DNA of 64,000 nt from Candidatus Moraniibacteriota bacterium (GCA_016699795.1 CP065011.1:482474-546473), one strand, 5' to 3'; positions 1 through 10,331 are shown, numbered from the stretch's first letter. Numbers and translations are program-made. The notes: a model not told the origin generated them from the letters alone.

Positions 1-492
1 AAGGTATCCATTGTTTCTAGAGGCTCAGCAGGAGGTTATACCCTTTCTGTCCCAACTGAAGATAAAAGCCTTAGACGAAGAGATTATTTTATAGATGAAC
101 TTGCTGTACTTCTTGGTGCTTACACCAGTGAACATATTGTTTTTGGCGAAGTCACTACCGGAGCATCGAATGATTTAGAAAGAGCTACTCACATTGCCCG
201 TGAAATGGTAACTCGTTATGGAATGAGTTCTCTCGGACCTCGAACTTTCGGAAAAAAGAGTGGAAATATTTTTCTAGGAAGAGATATATCTGAAGAACGT
301 GACTATTCCGACACCACTGCCAGCGCTATAGATAAAGAAGTTTCTGATCTTATTAAAGATGCTTTCGAGACAGCTAAAAAAATCATTCTCGAAAAAAGAG
401 AAACTCTTAATAAAATAGCTGAGGTTCTTCTCGAAAAAGAGACTTTAGAGAAAGATGAATTTGATGCGATTATTTCCTCAAAAAAATCTTAA
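1..492 (+). CDS. ftsH: ATP-dependent zinc metalloprotease FtsH, C-terminal part (5' end outside window)
   Basis: Frame 1 from position 1 translates to ...IVSRGSAGGYTLSVPTEDKSL...FGEVTTGASNDLERATHIAREMVTRYGMS..., the conserved C-terminal M41 protease region of FtsH. The track ORF 205..492 is the tail of this frame. Confidence 0.85.
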   Translation, partial: KVSIVSRGSAGGYTLSVPTEDKSLRRRDYFIDELAVLLGAYTSEHIVFGEVTTGASNDLERATHIAREMVTRYGMSSLGPRTFGKKSGNIFLGRDISEERDYSDTTASAIDKEVSDLIKDAFETAKKIILEKRETLNKIAEVLLEKETLEKDEFDAIISSKKS

Positions 493-568
493 CTCATAGA
501 CAATTTTGTAATTGTTCTTTATTATTTACTCTAGCGATCTCTATTTTGTCCAAAATCAAGGACAAAAT

Positions 569-644
569 GAGTCCTTAGCTCAGGGGTTAGAGCGCTACGT
601 TGACATCGTAGAGGTCGGTGGTTCGATTCCACCAGGACTCACCA
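569..644 (+). tRNA. tRNA-Val (anticodon GAC), CCA encoded
   Basis: Manual cloverleaf: acceptor GAGTCCT/AGGACTC, D-arm GCTC..GAGC, anticodon stem CTACG/CGTAG with loop TTGACAT, T-arm GGTGG TTCGATT CCACC, 3' ACCA. Confidence 0.9.
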
Positions 645-1103
645 AAACAAGATTCTTTTATAAAAAACTTTTTCCTATAGTTCATTACTTTTTTTCTATA
701 TTTTTATAAAAAAGAAGTTTTTCTTCGTACTCTTTTTTATTTATCATCCTTTCTTTTTTATTCGAATCTTACATTAAAAACTATATAAAGTTCCTATTAA
801 AAAAATTTTATTCTTAAAGTTTAGACACTGAGAAGCTCCTTATTTTTTTATTCTCTCCCAAAAACTCATTTCTTAATTTCTTTAAGAATCTTCTTATTCC
901 ATTCAGTATTGCGTGATCGTACCAAAGAGTGTCTTTGCAGAAATAAATATGGAAGAAAATGATAGTTTCTCCCTCTATCCAAGAAGAAAGAAAAAATTAA
1001 ACAAAAACCTTTAAATGAAAAGTTTCGTTATTTCAAATGAGATCATTTTTCATATCAAGATAACCTCTCTTTTTTGATTTTATTTTGAGAAAAAATTCTC
1101 TAG

Positions 1104-2390
1104 TTAACAAGATTCGTAATAATATTTACAGTTTGCTTTGAGACTTCCCATTGCATTAGAATATGCCGATTGACATGCAGAAATTGTTGAAAAACTATTA
1201 GATATTCTTGTTGTTCCACAACAAGACGACTCTTCACATCTTATTAGAAAAGAATATGTTGTTCCGCCACTACCACTACCGCCGCCCCCTTTATAATACG
1301 AATTCCATGTAGAATTATTTGATTGATATAATTTATAAAATTGAGCCTTTGGTCCAATCTCACCGATAACCCGATTTACTTCCGATGTTATTTTTTTATC
1401 AATACTTCTTATTTCAGATGAAATGTGCTGTTGAATCTGACCTACACCACTACGAATAGTTTGTTGAATAAATGATGTTACAAAGGATGAAACGAGTGCG
1501 CTAAGAAATTCTCCAGGAGATTCCGCTGCTGCAATTATTTTATTTCCTAAGTCAGTAACCGCTGATTGTATATCTTTAATGAGAGATCCTGGTGTGATGA
1601 CATACCCTTCCGGCGTTGTTTGTGGTTTATAACCTTGATATGCCATTCCTTGTATCTTTGCCAATTCTTGTTTCTTTTCAAGTTCATAGGAATATTCTTG
1701 CTGAGCTATTGATGAATACCCGTAAGGATTATTATAATCATTTGAAAAATAAGCATCCCAACATTTCCAATTTCCAGCAGCAAACATTTCCGAAGGGTCT
1801 GTACAAAACTGATCCAGTGTATATTGTCTTACTTGATCCAATCCTTCAGCGACCACACCCCCGATAGCTCTTCTTGCATAATCTTCCATGTAAGAAGGAA
1901 AATTTTGGACAAATCTAACACCTTCATTAACAGCATCAACAGCAGCGCAAGAAGAAGAGACAAGATCCGTATAGGGATCATTCGTTGGACTCGAAGAATA
2001 AGCAGGGACATAATCACAGGTATTTTTTCCTTGAAAAGAAACTGAAAAAAAGTCATTTATGTAAAGAGTAGCCTCATCCATCGGAGCTTGAACAACAAAA
2101 TCTTCCCAATCCGTAATAATGAGAGTTTCTGAATAGCTTGCACCACCTATAAGTTGTCCTATTTGGGTATTAAGCAACTCGTAAGCTGTTACTTTTAATG
2201 TTCCTAGTATAGCCGCTTGAATTTCTGTATATGCAGTTTCCATAGCCTGCTTTGCAATCGCAGCCGCATAGGCCGCTCCCCAAACATCAGCCCGAGCAAC
2301 ATTCGGTTTCATTAAGAAAACTGAGGAAAAAAGAAAAATAATTAAGAAAAAGGAATGGGTTACTTTTATTTTACTTTTATTTTTTTGCAT
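1104..2390 (-). CDS. secreted hypothetical protein (signal peptide, Gly-rich linker, Cys-rich C-terminus)
   Basis: 428-aa ORF with N-terminal hydrophobic signal MQKNKSKIKVTHSFFLIIFLFSSVFLM...ARA. GGGGSGSGG stretch and terminal Cys cluster. No recognisable catalytic motif. Confidence 0.5.
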   Translation of the reverse strand: MQKNKSKIKVTHSFFLIIFLFSSVFLMKPNVARADVWGAAYAAAIAKQAMETAYTEIQAAILGTLKVTAYELLNTQIGQLIGGASYSETLIITDWEDFVVQAPMDEATLYINDFFSVSFQGKNTCDYVPAYSSSPTNDPYTDLVSSSCAAVDAVNEGVRFVQNFPSYMEDYARRAIGGVVAEGLDQVRQYTLDQFCTDPSEMFAAGNWKCWDAYFSNDYNNPYGYSSIAQQEYSYELEKKQELAKIQGMAYQGYKPQTTPEGYVITPGSLIKDIQSAVTDLGNKIIAAAESPGEFLSALVSSFVTSFIQQTIRSGVGQIQQHISSEIRSIDKKITSEVNRVIGEIGPKAQFYKLYQSNNSTWNSYYKGGGGSGSGGTTYSFLIRCEESSCCGTTRISNSFSTISACQSAYSNAMGSLKANCKYYYESC

Positions 2391-2406
2391 ATATTTTTAT
2401 TACACC

Positions 2407-3411
2407 CTACAAATCAAGTATCATATCTTGGACCCCGATAGTTTCTAATATTGTTGTTACTTCTTGTTGAAAATCACCAGCGAGAGCGATAAGTCCTTGC
2501 GCTCGCGAAAGAATGGCTATATTTCCAATAGGGTCTTCAGCATTTGGAGTTGATTCTTCTTCGAGAGAAAGCGCGTATTTTGCTATTTGTAAACCCTTTT
2601 TATGTATTGGAAGTACATTTTCTGGAACTTCCACATCATTCATAAGATTAAGAATACTTTCCCCTCGATCAGCCCATTGTTGAATGATCTTATAATTTCC
2701 CTGAGAAAATTCTGAAACTGAATTAGAAATTTCTGATTGCACAAAAGATGAAAAACCCTCTTGATCATTAAAGTCAATTTCATTTGACATTGCGGAAGCT
2801 ACGATATAAGAAATTTTAGATAAATACTCAGAAGTATCTTCCTTTTCTCTCTTCTTTCGTTCTTCTTCATCTAACTTTTTATATCCTTGTTTTAAAATCT
2901 TTATTTCATCATCAGCAATCTCAGGAAGTTGAATTTCTTTATTGGCTTCTTCCAAAGCTTGGCTCACTAATGACTCTACAGAATCTAGTGTTACCTCTGT
3001 TCCCTCAGCAGTTGCTTCTGAAGCGATCTGTGCAATTTGGGTTGCTGCTTTTTGTGTTAAATTTTCTTTTGTAGAAGAATCTTCTTCTCCTGTTTTTTCA
3101 TCCACTGAAACGACTTCTTTTTTTTCTACCGCAGGTGTGGGGGGTACTTCATCAGGAATAATTTTATCACCAGGCGCTGGCTTTAGAGGATTATAACCGC
3201 CCACAACTTCTGTATAATCACTATAACTATCTCCGTCGCTATCCGCATTATAGGGATCTGTTCCCAAAGCAGTTTCTTCAGAATTACTCAAACCATCTTT
3301 ATCAAAGTCTTCAAAAAGTGTTAAATTACTCGTTGCTCCTGAATATAAAGGGGAAAGTATTAAAATACTAATGACTAGTGCTATACTGAAAGTATAATTT
3401 TGATTGTGCAT
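2407..3411 (-). CDS. secreted/anchored acidic protein with thrombospondin-type-3-like Ca-binding motif
   Basis: 334 aa. N-terminal TM/signal. DPYNADSDGDSYSDY motif (DxDxDG-like). Long acidic coiled-coil-like remainder. Confidence 0.45.
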   Translation of the reverse strand: MHNQNYTFSIALVISILILSPLYSGATSNLTLFEDFDKDGLSNSEETALGTDPYNADSDGDSYSDYTEVVGGYNPLKPAPGDKIIPDEVPPTPAVEKKEVVSVDEKTGEEDSSTKENLTQKAATQIAQIASEATAEGTEVTLDSVESLVSQALEEANKEIQLPEIADDEIKILKQGYKKLDEEERKKREKEDTSEYLSKISYIVASAMSNEIDFNDQEGFSSFVQSEISNSVSEFSQGNYKIIQQWADRGESILNLMNDVEVPENVLPIHKKGLQIAKYALSLEEESTPNAEDPIGNIAILSRAQGLIALAGDFQQEVTTILETIGVQDMILDL

Positions 3412-3481
3412 ACATTTCTATTTTTATCATTTGCTAAAACTAGTATACTCTATTTTTATATTTTCGAAAATACTCTTCATT

Positions 3482-4405
3482 ATGAAAAATTCTATACTAA
3501 AAAATGAATTTCTTGAATCCCTTCTTGTAGAGAAAAATCGCTCTCATTTAACAAAAAAAACTTACGAAAGAAGGTTGAATCATTTTTTAAAATGGCTTCG
3601 TTATGAAGATCCTAAAGAAATAACTTTGGAACGCGTAAGAAGATATCGTATCTTTCTTAATAAGCAACTCAATCACGAAGGCTCTCCCCTTGATAAAAAA
3701 ACTCAATCTTATTACATCATAACTCTTCGAAGTTTTCTTAAATATCTTGCAAAAAGAGATATTACTTCTCTTAGTCCAGAGATACTTGATGTTGGAAAGA
3801 ATATTCAAAATGAAATAGAAACACTTAGCTCTGAAGAACTTCATCGACTTTTAAAAATTTCTTCAGGAAAAAATCTTCAAGATCTTAGAGATCGCGCTAT
3901 TTTAGAACTTCTTTTTTCTTCAGGGCTTCGTGTGAGTGAACTCACAAATCTAAATCGTTCCCATATAAATACCCATTTACAAGAAATGAGTATTCGGGGC
4001 AAAGGAAGAAAACTTCGATTAGTATTTATTTCTGATACAGCTAAAATAGCAATACAGAATTATCTTTCACAAAGAACCGACATGGAAGAGGCTTTATTTA
4101 TACGAACAGATAAAAGAGTCAAAAAAAATTCTTTAGAAAATCCCCGTCTCACATCAAGATCTATTCAAAGAATAGTAAAAAAACGAGCTCAAGAAGCAGG
4201 TATAGTAAAAGATGTTCATCCTCATACCTTACGACATAGCTTTGCTACTGATCTTTTAAGGAATGGTGCGGACATACGGAGTGTTCAGCTCATGCTTGGT
4301 CATGAATCTATAACAACTACTCAGATCTACACACATATCACAAACAAACAACTTAAAGGGATTCACAAAAAATATCATGGGAAATCCTCTTTGGAAGAAA
4401 GCTAA
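3482..4405 (+). CDS. tyrosine site-specific recombinase, XerC/XerD family
   Basis: C-terminal catalytic region HPHTLRHSFATDLLRNGADIRSVQLMLGHESITTTQIYTHI (R..H..R..Y box). Start moved to internal Met (MKNSILKNEF...) because the upstream extension is low-complexity. Confidence 0.8.
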   Translation: MKNSILKNEFLESLLVEKNRSHLTKKTYERRLNHFLKWLRYEDPKEITLERVRRYRIFLNKQLNHEGSPLDKKTQSYYIITLRSFLKYLAKRDITSLSPEILDVGKNIQNEIETLSSEELHRLLKISSGKNLQDLRDRAILELLFSSGLRVSELTNLNRSHINTHLQEMSIRGKGRKLRLVFISDTAKIAIQNYLSQRTDMEEALFIRTDKRVKKNSLENPRLTSRSIQRIVKKRAQEAGIVKDVHPHTLRHSFATDLLRNGADIRSVQLMLGHESITTTQIYTHITNKQLKGIHKKYHGKSSLEES

Positions 4406-4423
4406 AATAAATGAAAATTATCT

Positions 4424-6643
4424 TTATTTATGTAAAACATCAACTCCTTTGGAAATTTTTTTAATACCTACTTTTTGAAAAACAATGGTGTAGGTATCAT
4501 TATTTTGACTCACTATAACCCCTGAACCAAATGTATTGTGTGAGATACGTTCTCCGTCTTTATATTCTTTTTTATTCCTTTCTTCTTTTCTTTCTTTTAT
4601 ATACTCCTTTTTATTAAATTTTCTTTTTTCATATCTATACATTCCCTGACTATGCTCTTTTTTTTGCATCTCTTTCTTTACTAATACTTCAGGAATTTCA
4701 CTCAAAAATCGTGATGATGGATTTGCCTGCATAGAGCCAAAAAGCATTCTTTGTCGTGCGTAAAGTAAACAAATACTTTTTTTTGCTCGAGTTATTCCTA
4801 CATACATAAGTCTACGTTCCTCTTCAAGATCCTTTAATGAAAAAGAGCTTCGTGAATGTGGTAAAATATTCTCCTCAGTTCCTACAATAAAAACATGATC
4901 AAACTCTAAACCCTTCGCACTATGCATTGTCATACAATGAACAACATTTTCATTTCGATTAACTTGATCGCTATCAGCTATAAGCGCGGTTTCTTCTAAA
5001 AAAAACTGTAATGCTTCAGATAAATTCAATTCATCATAACGAGAAAGTACACTAAATAGCTCGCTAATATTTTCTATTCTTGCCTCATTTTCAGAAGTTC
5101 GTTTTTCACAAAGAGCAGCTTCATACCCTGAATTTTTATAGACATTTTTAGCCCAATCAGAAAGAGAGCTTTTTTCATTCAAAAGGGACATCCCTTTCAT
5201 TTTTTCACAAAAACTACGAATGCATTTACGTTTAGATTCTGCCATCACATCACAAGAAATTTCCATTCCCACATCAAGAATATTGCGAGAATTTTCTGCT
5301 AATTTTAACCACATTTCCAATGTCTTCTTTCCAATTCCTCGCTTTGGCTCATTTACAATTCTTATTAACGCCATTTGATCTGTTGGGTTAAGTAAGAAAC
5401 GAAAATATGCAATCATGTCCTTTATTTCTTTTCGATCATAGAATTTCAAGCCCCCCACTATTTTGTAAGGAATGTTTTCATGAAGAAAAATTTCTTCCAA
5501 TGCTCTAGATTGAGCGTTTGTTCTATATAAAACTGCAAAATTTTTATATAATTCTTCTTTATTTTTAGAAATCTCTTTTTTAATTGAATCAGCAACATAT
5601 TGAGCCTCCCCTGATTCATTATTCGCTTCATAAAAAATAATTTTCTTTCCCCCTTTTTTATCAGTCCAAAGTTTTTTCTCTTTTCTATTTTTATTTTGTG
5701 AAATAATACCATGCGCCGCATCAAGTATAATTTGAGTGGATCGGTAATTTTGTTCTAAATGTATTATCTTTGCGTCCGGATACTCTCTTTCAAAATCCAG
5801 AATATTACGAATATCAGCGCCTCGAAAAGCATATATAGATTGCCAATCATCTCCAACAGCACAAATATTTCTATGACTTTTTGCAAGTGTTGCAATAAAA
5901 CGATATTGAATATTGTTAGTATCTTGGTACTCGTCAACAAGAATATATTTAAAACGCTGTTGATATTTTTCTACAATATTTGGTTTTTTTTGAAAAATCT
6001 CCATTGTGACCAAAAGTAAATCATCAAAATCCAAAGCATTATCTCGAATAAGAATATCTTCGTATTTTTCATAAGCTCTTGCAATCATCTCTTCCATATA
6101 GTTCTGAGCTTGATCAGAAAATTCTCTTGAATTCAAAGATTTATTTTTTGCCGCTGAAATAATACTAAGAAATCCTTTTGGAGAAAATTGTTTCGCATCA
6201 AATCCAAGATCTTTTATTATTCTCTTGAGATACATCTCCTGTTCAGAAGTGTCAACAATGTGAAAATTTTTTTCCCTTCCTAATACCGTTATATCTTGAC
6301 GTAAAATTTTTGAACAAATACTGTGAAATGTTCCTGTGAGAGGGGTTTTTTCATGAAAGGAATTATTCGAAAAAAAAGATTGGGTAGGAATTTTTGTCAA
6401 CATTGCCAATCTTGATCGCATTTCTTCAGCCGCTTTGTTTGTGAAAGTAACTGACATGATATTTCCCCCGGAAACGCCTTTATTTCTTATAAGATGGGCA
6501 ATTCTATGCGTTAATGTTTTTGTTTTTCCTGAGCCAGCTCCCGCCAATATCAAAAGAGGCCCCTCAGTATGCAGGACGGCTTCTTTTTGTTCCTCATTTA
6601 ATGAAAAAAGTATATCTTCCATAGTGTTTTTCGATTGTATCAT
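4424..6643 (-). CDS. uvrD: UvrD/PcrA-family ATP-dependent DNA helicase
   Basis: 739 aa. N-terminal LNEEQKEAVLHTEGPLLILAGAGSGKTKTLTHRIAHLI (helicase motif I/Walker A). VDEYQDTN (motif II). Typical UvrD domain order. C-terminal Tudor-like tail. Confidence 0.85.
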   Translation of the reverse strand: MIQSKNTMEDILFSLNEEQKEAVLHTEGPLLILAGAGSGKTKTLTHRIAHLIRNKGVSGGNIMSVTFTNKAAEEMRSRLAMLTKIPTQSFFSNNSFHEKTPLTGTFHSICSKILRQDITVLGREKNFHIVDTSEQEMYLKRIIKDLGFDAKQFSPKGFLSIISAAKNKSLNSREFSDQAQNYMEEMIARAYEKYEDILIRDNALDFDDLLLVTMEIFQKKPNIVEKYQQRFKYILVDEYQDTNNIQYRFIATLAKSHRNICAVGDDWQSIYAFRGADIRNILDFEREYPDAKIIHLEQNYRSTQIILDAAHGIISQNKNRKEKKLWTDKKGGKKIIFYEANNESGEAQYVADSIKKEISKNKEELYKNFAVLYRTNAQSRALEEIFLHENIPYKIVGGLKFYDRKEIKDMIAYFRFLLNPTDQMALIRIVNEPKRGIGKKTLEMWLKLAENSRNILDVGMEISCDVMAESKRKCIRSFCEKMKGMSLLNEKSSLSDWAKNVYKNSGYEAALCEKRTSENEARIENISELFSVLSRYDELNLSEALQFFLEETALIADSDQVNRNENVVHCMTMHSAKGLEFDHVFIVGTEENILPHSRSSFSLKDLEEERRLMYVGITRAKKSICLLYARQRMLFGSMQANPSSRFLSEIPEVLVKKEMQKKEHSQGMYRYEKRKFNKKEYIKERKEERNKKEYKDGERISHNTFGSGVIVSQNNDTYTIVFQKVGIKKISKGVDVLHK

Positions 6644-6666
6644 AAAAAATTGCCTTTATCCAATAA

Positions 6667-8334
6667 TTGTTTCATACTAAAAATATGAAACTTATTATTT
6701 TAAAATTAGAGAGGATAATTAGCCTCCTAGAAAATACAAAAATTTCCTTTTCTCTTTGGATTGGGACCTTTTTAAGTATAATTTTTTCTAGAATCCTTAT
6801 TGAAAATTTGCTTGGAGGTTTTTCTCACAGAGAAATACATTTTCTTTTTTCGGAATTTTCTCATACGTTTCTTTTTTTCCTTCTTTCTTATTGTGTATTC
6901 CTTGTTCTTTTATCTAAAACGACAAAAACAAATATTTCAGCCACAGCAAATGTTCTTCTTTGGGGCTTTCTTATAATTCTTATTCCTCCCATTATAGATT
7001 ATTTTATCTCTCATGGGAGAGGTCTTTGGAGTTTCTATGAATTTGACAGCTTGGAAGGTCTTTTGCGTGGATTTTTCACTTTTTTTGGAGATACTCCTAA
7101 TATGGGAATTACCTATGGAGTTCGCATTGAGGTTATTTTGTCACTTTTCCTTTTTTTTGTTTATGTTTTTATTAAAACAAAAGACTATTTGCGAGCCCTT
7201 CTTACAACCTTTATTGCCTATACGTTCTTTTTTATACTTGGCACATTTCCTTCATGGATTGCATTCTTCGTACTTGGCTGGGAGAAAGGATTTATGGAAG
7301 TTACTTCTGTTGATATAGCGGGAATGTTTCTTTCTCCTGAAACATCCCTCTCTTATACTCCCGGGAACATCATAAATTCACTTAATGCAAAAATGAGCAT
7401 TATTTACGCCTATATTCTTTTCAATATCATTCCTCTATTTTCTTTTTTCTTCTACCCCAAAGAAACAAAATCACTTTTTCTTAATATTCGAGTACCCCAA
7501 ACTATTTACCACGCAGGGCTTGTTTATGTTGGGGCTGGTATTGCCCTCCTTTTTTCACAAAATCCAATAAACTTTCTAACTTTTTTTAATGGATTAGCCC
7601 TTGTTCTTCTTACCTTAACTGCGATAACAGCGTGGCTTACCAGCGTAGTAGTTAATGATATTTTCGATGAATCCATAGATGCTATTACAAATACCCATAG
7701 ACCCCTTATACAGAAAACTATTTCAAAAAACTCCTACAAAAAAGTTGGTTGGACTCTCTTCTTTCTCTCTTTATTTTTAGCAGGAATAGCTCATCCCTAT
7801 GCAATAGCCTTAGTTTTTGTGTATCACGCTCTCACATGGCTCTACAATGCACCTCCGTTTCGTCTCAAACGAATTCCTTTCATTGCAACATTCTTAGGAT
7901 CTATCGCCTCATTCATAATTATTCTTTTGGGTTATATTGCCTTTGACACCACAGGGATTATCACTGATATTCCTTGGGAAATAATTTTTCTTCTTCTTTT
8001 TTCTTATACTATTTCCCTTCCTATAAAAGACTTTAAAGATATTAAAGGTGATAAGAAAAATAATATTTGGACACTCCCTGTTCTTATGGGAGAAAAATAT
8101 GCACGACTTTTTGTAGCAACGGGAATTTTTTTCTCTTTTATTTTAAGTGCTCTTATTCTAAATGCTAAAAATATAATTCCTTGGGCTCTCATTTTTAGCA
8201 CAATTGCTTTTTTTATAGTATCTAATCCAAATCTTTCTATTTTGAATAAAAAAATTACTCCACAAATGCTCCCTGGTTTTATTATTGGCCTAGTCTTTCT
8301 TTACACATTAATTCTTTTGTTCTCAATCCTCTAA
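6667..8334 (+). CDS. UbiA-superfamily prenyltransferase with extra N-terminal multi-TM domain
   Basis: 555 aa polytopic membrane protein. C-terminal half carries NDIFDESID (NDxxDxxxD) and DFKDIKGD (second Asp-rich motif) characteristic of UbiA/DPPR-type prenyltransferases. N-terminal ~250 aa add ~7-8 more TM helices. Confidence 0.6.
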   Translation: MFHTKNMKLIILKLERIISLLENTKISFSLWIGTFLSIIFSRILIENLLGGFSHREIHFLFSEFSHTFLFFLLSYCVFLVLLSKTTKTNISATANVLLWGFLIILIPPIIDYFISHGRGLWSFYEFDSLEGLLRGFFTFFGDTPNMGITYGVRIEVILSLFLFFVYVFIKTKDYLRALLTTFIAYTFFFILGTFPSWIAFFVLGWEKGFMEVTSVDIAGMFLSPETSLSYTPGNIINSLNAKMSIIYAYILFNIIPLFSFFFYPKETKSLFLNIRVPQTIYHAGLVYVGAGIALLFSQNPINFLTFFNGLALVLLTLTAITAWLTSVVVNDIFDESIDAITNTHRPLIQKTISKNSYKKVGWTLFFLSLFLAGIAHPYAIALVFVYHALTWLYNAPPFRLKRIPFIATFLGSIASFIIILLGYIAFDTTGIITDIPWEIIFLLLFSYTISLPIKDFKDIKGDKKNNIWTLPVLMGEKYARLFVATGIFFSFILSALILNAKNIIPWALIFSTIAFFIVSNPNLSILNKKITPQMLPGFIIGLVFLYTLILLFSIL

Positions 8335-9192
8335 TTATATGTAATTTTCTTTTAGAAAATTTGTTATTTTTTTCCAGTCATTTACACTTAAGTCTTGAGC
8401 TCTAACTTTTTCCTTTAAATCTATTTGGAGAAGGAAATTTTCCATCATTTCTTTTTTTATAGGAAACCCATTCACAATGTTATTAGCCAATGTTTTTCTT
8501 CGAGCAGAAAAACCCGTTCTCACAACTCGAAAAAATAAATCTGTATTTTCATTATTTTTTTCACATTCTTTTTTTATTAAAACAAAAGCACTTTCCACTT
8601 TTGGAACTGGTTCAAATGCCTCTTTAGAAACAAAAAATTGTATTTCTGGGCGAGCATAATATTGCACCGCCACAGACAAAATGCTCATTTCTCCCAAAGG
8701 AGCACATATTCTTTCAGCAACCTCTTTTTGTATCATAAAAAACATTTCCCTCGGAGATTGTTTCATTTCTAAAAATTTTCGAATAATAGGTGAGGTTATA
8801 TAATAAGGTAAATTTCCAATCATTCGAAACGTCCCCTTTGAACTTTGAAGGTTTTTCTTTTTTTCATTTTCCACACTCTTTTCGCACAAAACCGTATTAA
8901 GATTTAATTCCGAAAAAATTTTTCCAATATCTGTTTTTAAAATATCTTGATGAACAATAAACGCATTAGAATAATTTTTAAATTTTTCTTTCAAAATAGG
9001 TATTAATCGATCATCTAATTCAATAGCTACCACGATAGCACCCGCATGAATAAGTTGCTCTGTTAAAACACCCTCTCCGGGACCAATTTCCACTATAAGC
9101 TCCCCCTCACATGGGGCGATCGCAGAAATAATTTTTTCTATCACCTGTTTATCTTGTAAAAAATTTTGTCCCAGTGATTTTTTTGCATCCAT
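8335..9192 (-). CDS. rsmA: 16S rRNA (adenine1518/1519-N6)-dimethyltransferase RsmA/KsgA
   Basis: 285 aa. KSLGQNFLQDKQVIEKII N-terminus and LIVEIGPGEGVLTEQL SAM-binding motif typical of KsgA. Confidence 0.85.
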   Translation of the reverse strand: MDAKKSLGQNFLQDKQVIEKIISAIAPCEGELIVEIGPGEGVLTEQLIHAGAIVVAIELDDRLIPILKEKFKNYSNAFIVHQDILKTDIGKIFSELNLNTVLCEKSVENEKKKNLQSSKGTFRMIGNLPYYITSPIIRKFLEMKQSPREMFFMIQKEVAERICAPLGEMSILSVAVQYYARPEIQFFVSKEAFEPVPKVESAFVLIKKECEKNNENTDLFFRVVRTGFSARRKTLANNIVNGFPIKKEMMENFLLQIDLKEKVRAQDLSVNDWKKITNFLKENYI

Positions 9193-9383
9193 ACAATAAT
9201 TTTCTTTCCTTTAAATATGTATTAAAAAACAAGATTTACATCTTTAATAGTAAGTCTTTTTAATACAAAAGCAAATTTCAACAAAAACTCTAAAAGATTC
9301 TTATTCGGATTAAAATATTATCACAATCTTTGTTATCAAATTTTACTATTTTTTCTAGATTTCTTTTTATTTTTAACAAACAA

Positions 9384-10322
9384 TTAATTTAAAATTTCTT
9401 CAACTTTAACTTCAATAACACCAGCACCTATAGATGCTATTTTTTCAAACGCCACCTTATCTAAATCTATAATTCTATTTTCTCCAAACGGCCCCCTATC
9501 ATTTATAACTACAATAACTGATTTTCCGTTTATCGTATTAGTTACTCTTACATGACTTCCTAGAGGCAACCAGGGACTTGCAGCAGCGTCTGTGCCTGTA
9601 AAAGAATACCACGTTCCAAAACCAGTATGTTTTTTACCAAGCTTCACATACGCTCCTTGCACCACTTTTTCATCCACCGGATCTTTTACAATCTCAGTTC
9701 GTATAAGTTTTCTCTTGATTTCCTTACTGTCATGCTTTAAAACTTCATACGTTAATTGTTTTTCACCCTTTTCTCCTTTTTGAATAATCTTTTTTTCCCT
9801 CCAACCTAAAGCGTTACTCTCTTCCGCTTGTATTTTATAAGGAATCATTTCCTTTTTCTTATCTTCTTGTATTTCAACTCGAATAACTTGTATTTCCATT
9901 CCATCAACCACAGGAACTCCCTTTTCAGGAAAGGTAATGTCTTCTTTTTTTAAAATTATATTATTTTCAGCTAAGACATTAGAAACAAAGGATGTATTAG
10001 TATTCAATTCATATTTTTTATCTTTCATAGTAATGTGAACTGTTTTTTTTCTCTGAATATAGAGTCGTAACCCCGAATCAATAAAAACATCTTTGGATGG
10101 AAAAATAGTATCACCCTCCAAAAGAACTATTCCTAGCTTTTGTAGAGCATCATTTACTGTTAGTGGTCCATCAAGCCTCACCGGATATTCCTTTTCTTCT
10201 TCACAAATAAAAAACTCACGAGTAAGATCACTCGTTTTAGAAGAATCTTTAGCGAATACAAAATAAAAAAATGAGCCCGATAACAGAAAAAGAAATATAA
10301 TAAAAGAAATACGAATCTTCAT
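9384..10322 (-). CDS. membrane-anchored 3D/RlpA-like (double-psi beta-barrel) cell-wall-binding protein, YabE-like
   Basis: 312 aa. N-terminal TM. C-terminal GTWYSFTGTDAAASPWLPLGSHVRVTNTINGKSVIVVINDRGPFGENRIIDLDKVAFEKIA resembles the 3D/RlpA DPBB domain. Confidence 0.55.
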   Translation of the reverse strand: MKIRISFIIFLFLLSGSFFYFVFAKDSSKTSDLTREFFICEEEKEYPVRLDGPLTVNDALQKLGIVLLEGDTIFPSKDVFIDSGLRLYIQRKKTVHITMKDKKYELNTNTSFVSNVLAENNIILKKEDITFPEKGVPVVDGMEIQVIRVEIQEDKKKEMIPYKIQAEESNALGWREKKIIQKGEKGEKQLTYEVLKHDSKEIKRKLIRTEIVKDPVDEKVVQGAYVKLGKKHTGFGTWYSFTGTDAAASPWLPLGSHVRVTNTINGKSVIVVINDRGPFGENRIIDLDKVAFEKIASIGAGVIEVKVEEILN

Positions 10323-10331
10323 AATAAAAAC

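Noticed and set aside
1616-2056. Antisense/overlapping small ORFs inside larger genes (e.g. 1616..1867, 1824..2045, 5458..5724, 15851..16243, 35768..36109, 37056..37289)
   Set aside because: Embedded in well-supported genes on the opposite strand or in an alternative frame. Low-complexity translations. Treated as spurious.
569-4405. Integrated mobile element at tRNA-Val
   Set aside because: No direct repeat of the tRNA 3' end found by inspection. Recombinase looks XerC/D-like and is not adjacent to the tRNA. Kept only as a low-interest finding.
4406-4423. Terminator between convergent xer and uvrD genes
   Set aside because: Only an AT-only weak hairpin (AAATAAA/TTTATTT). Not convincing as an intrinsic terminator.
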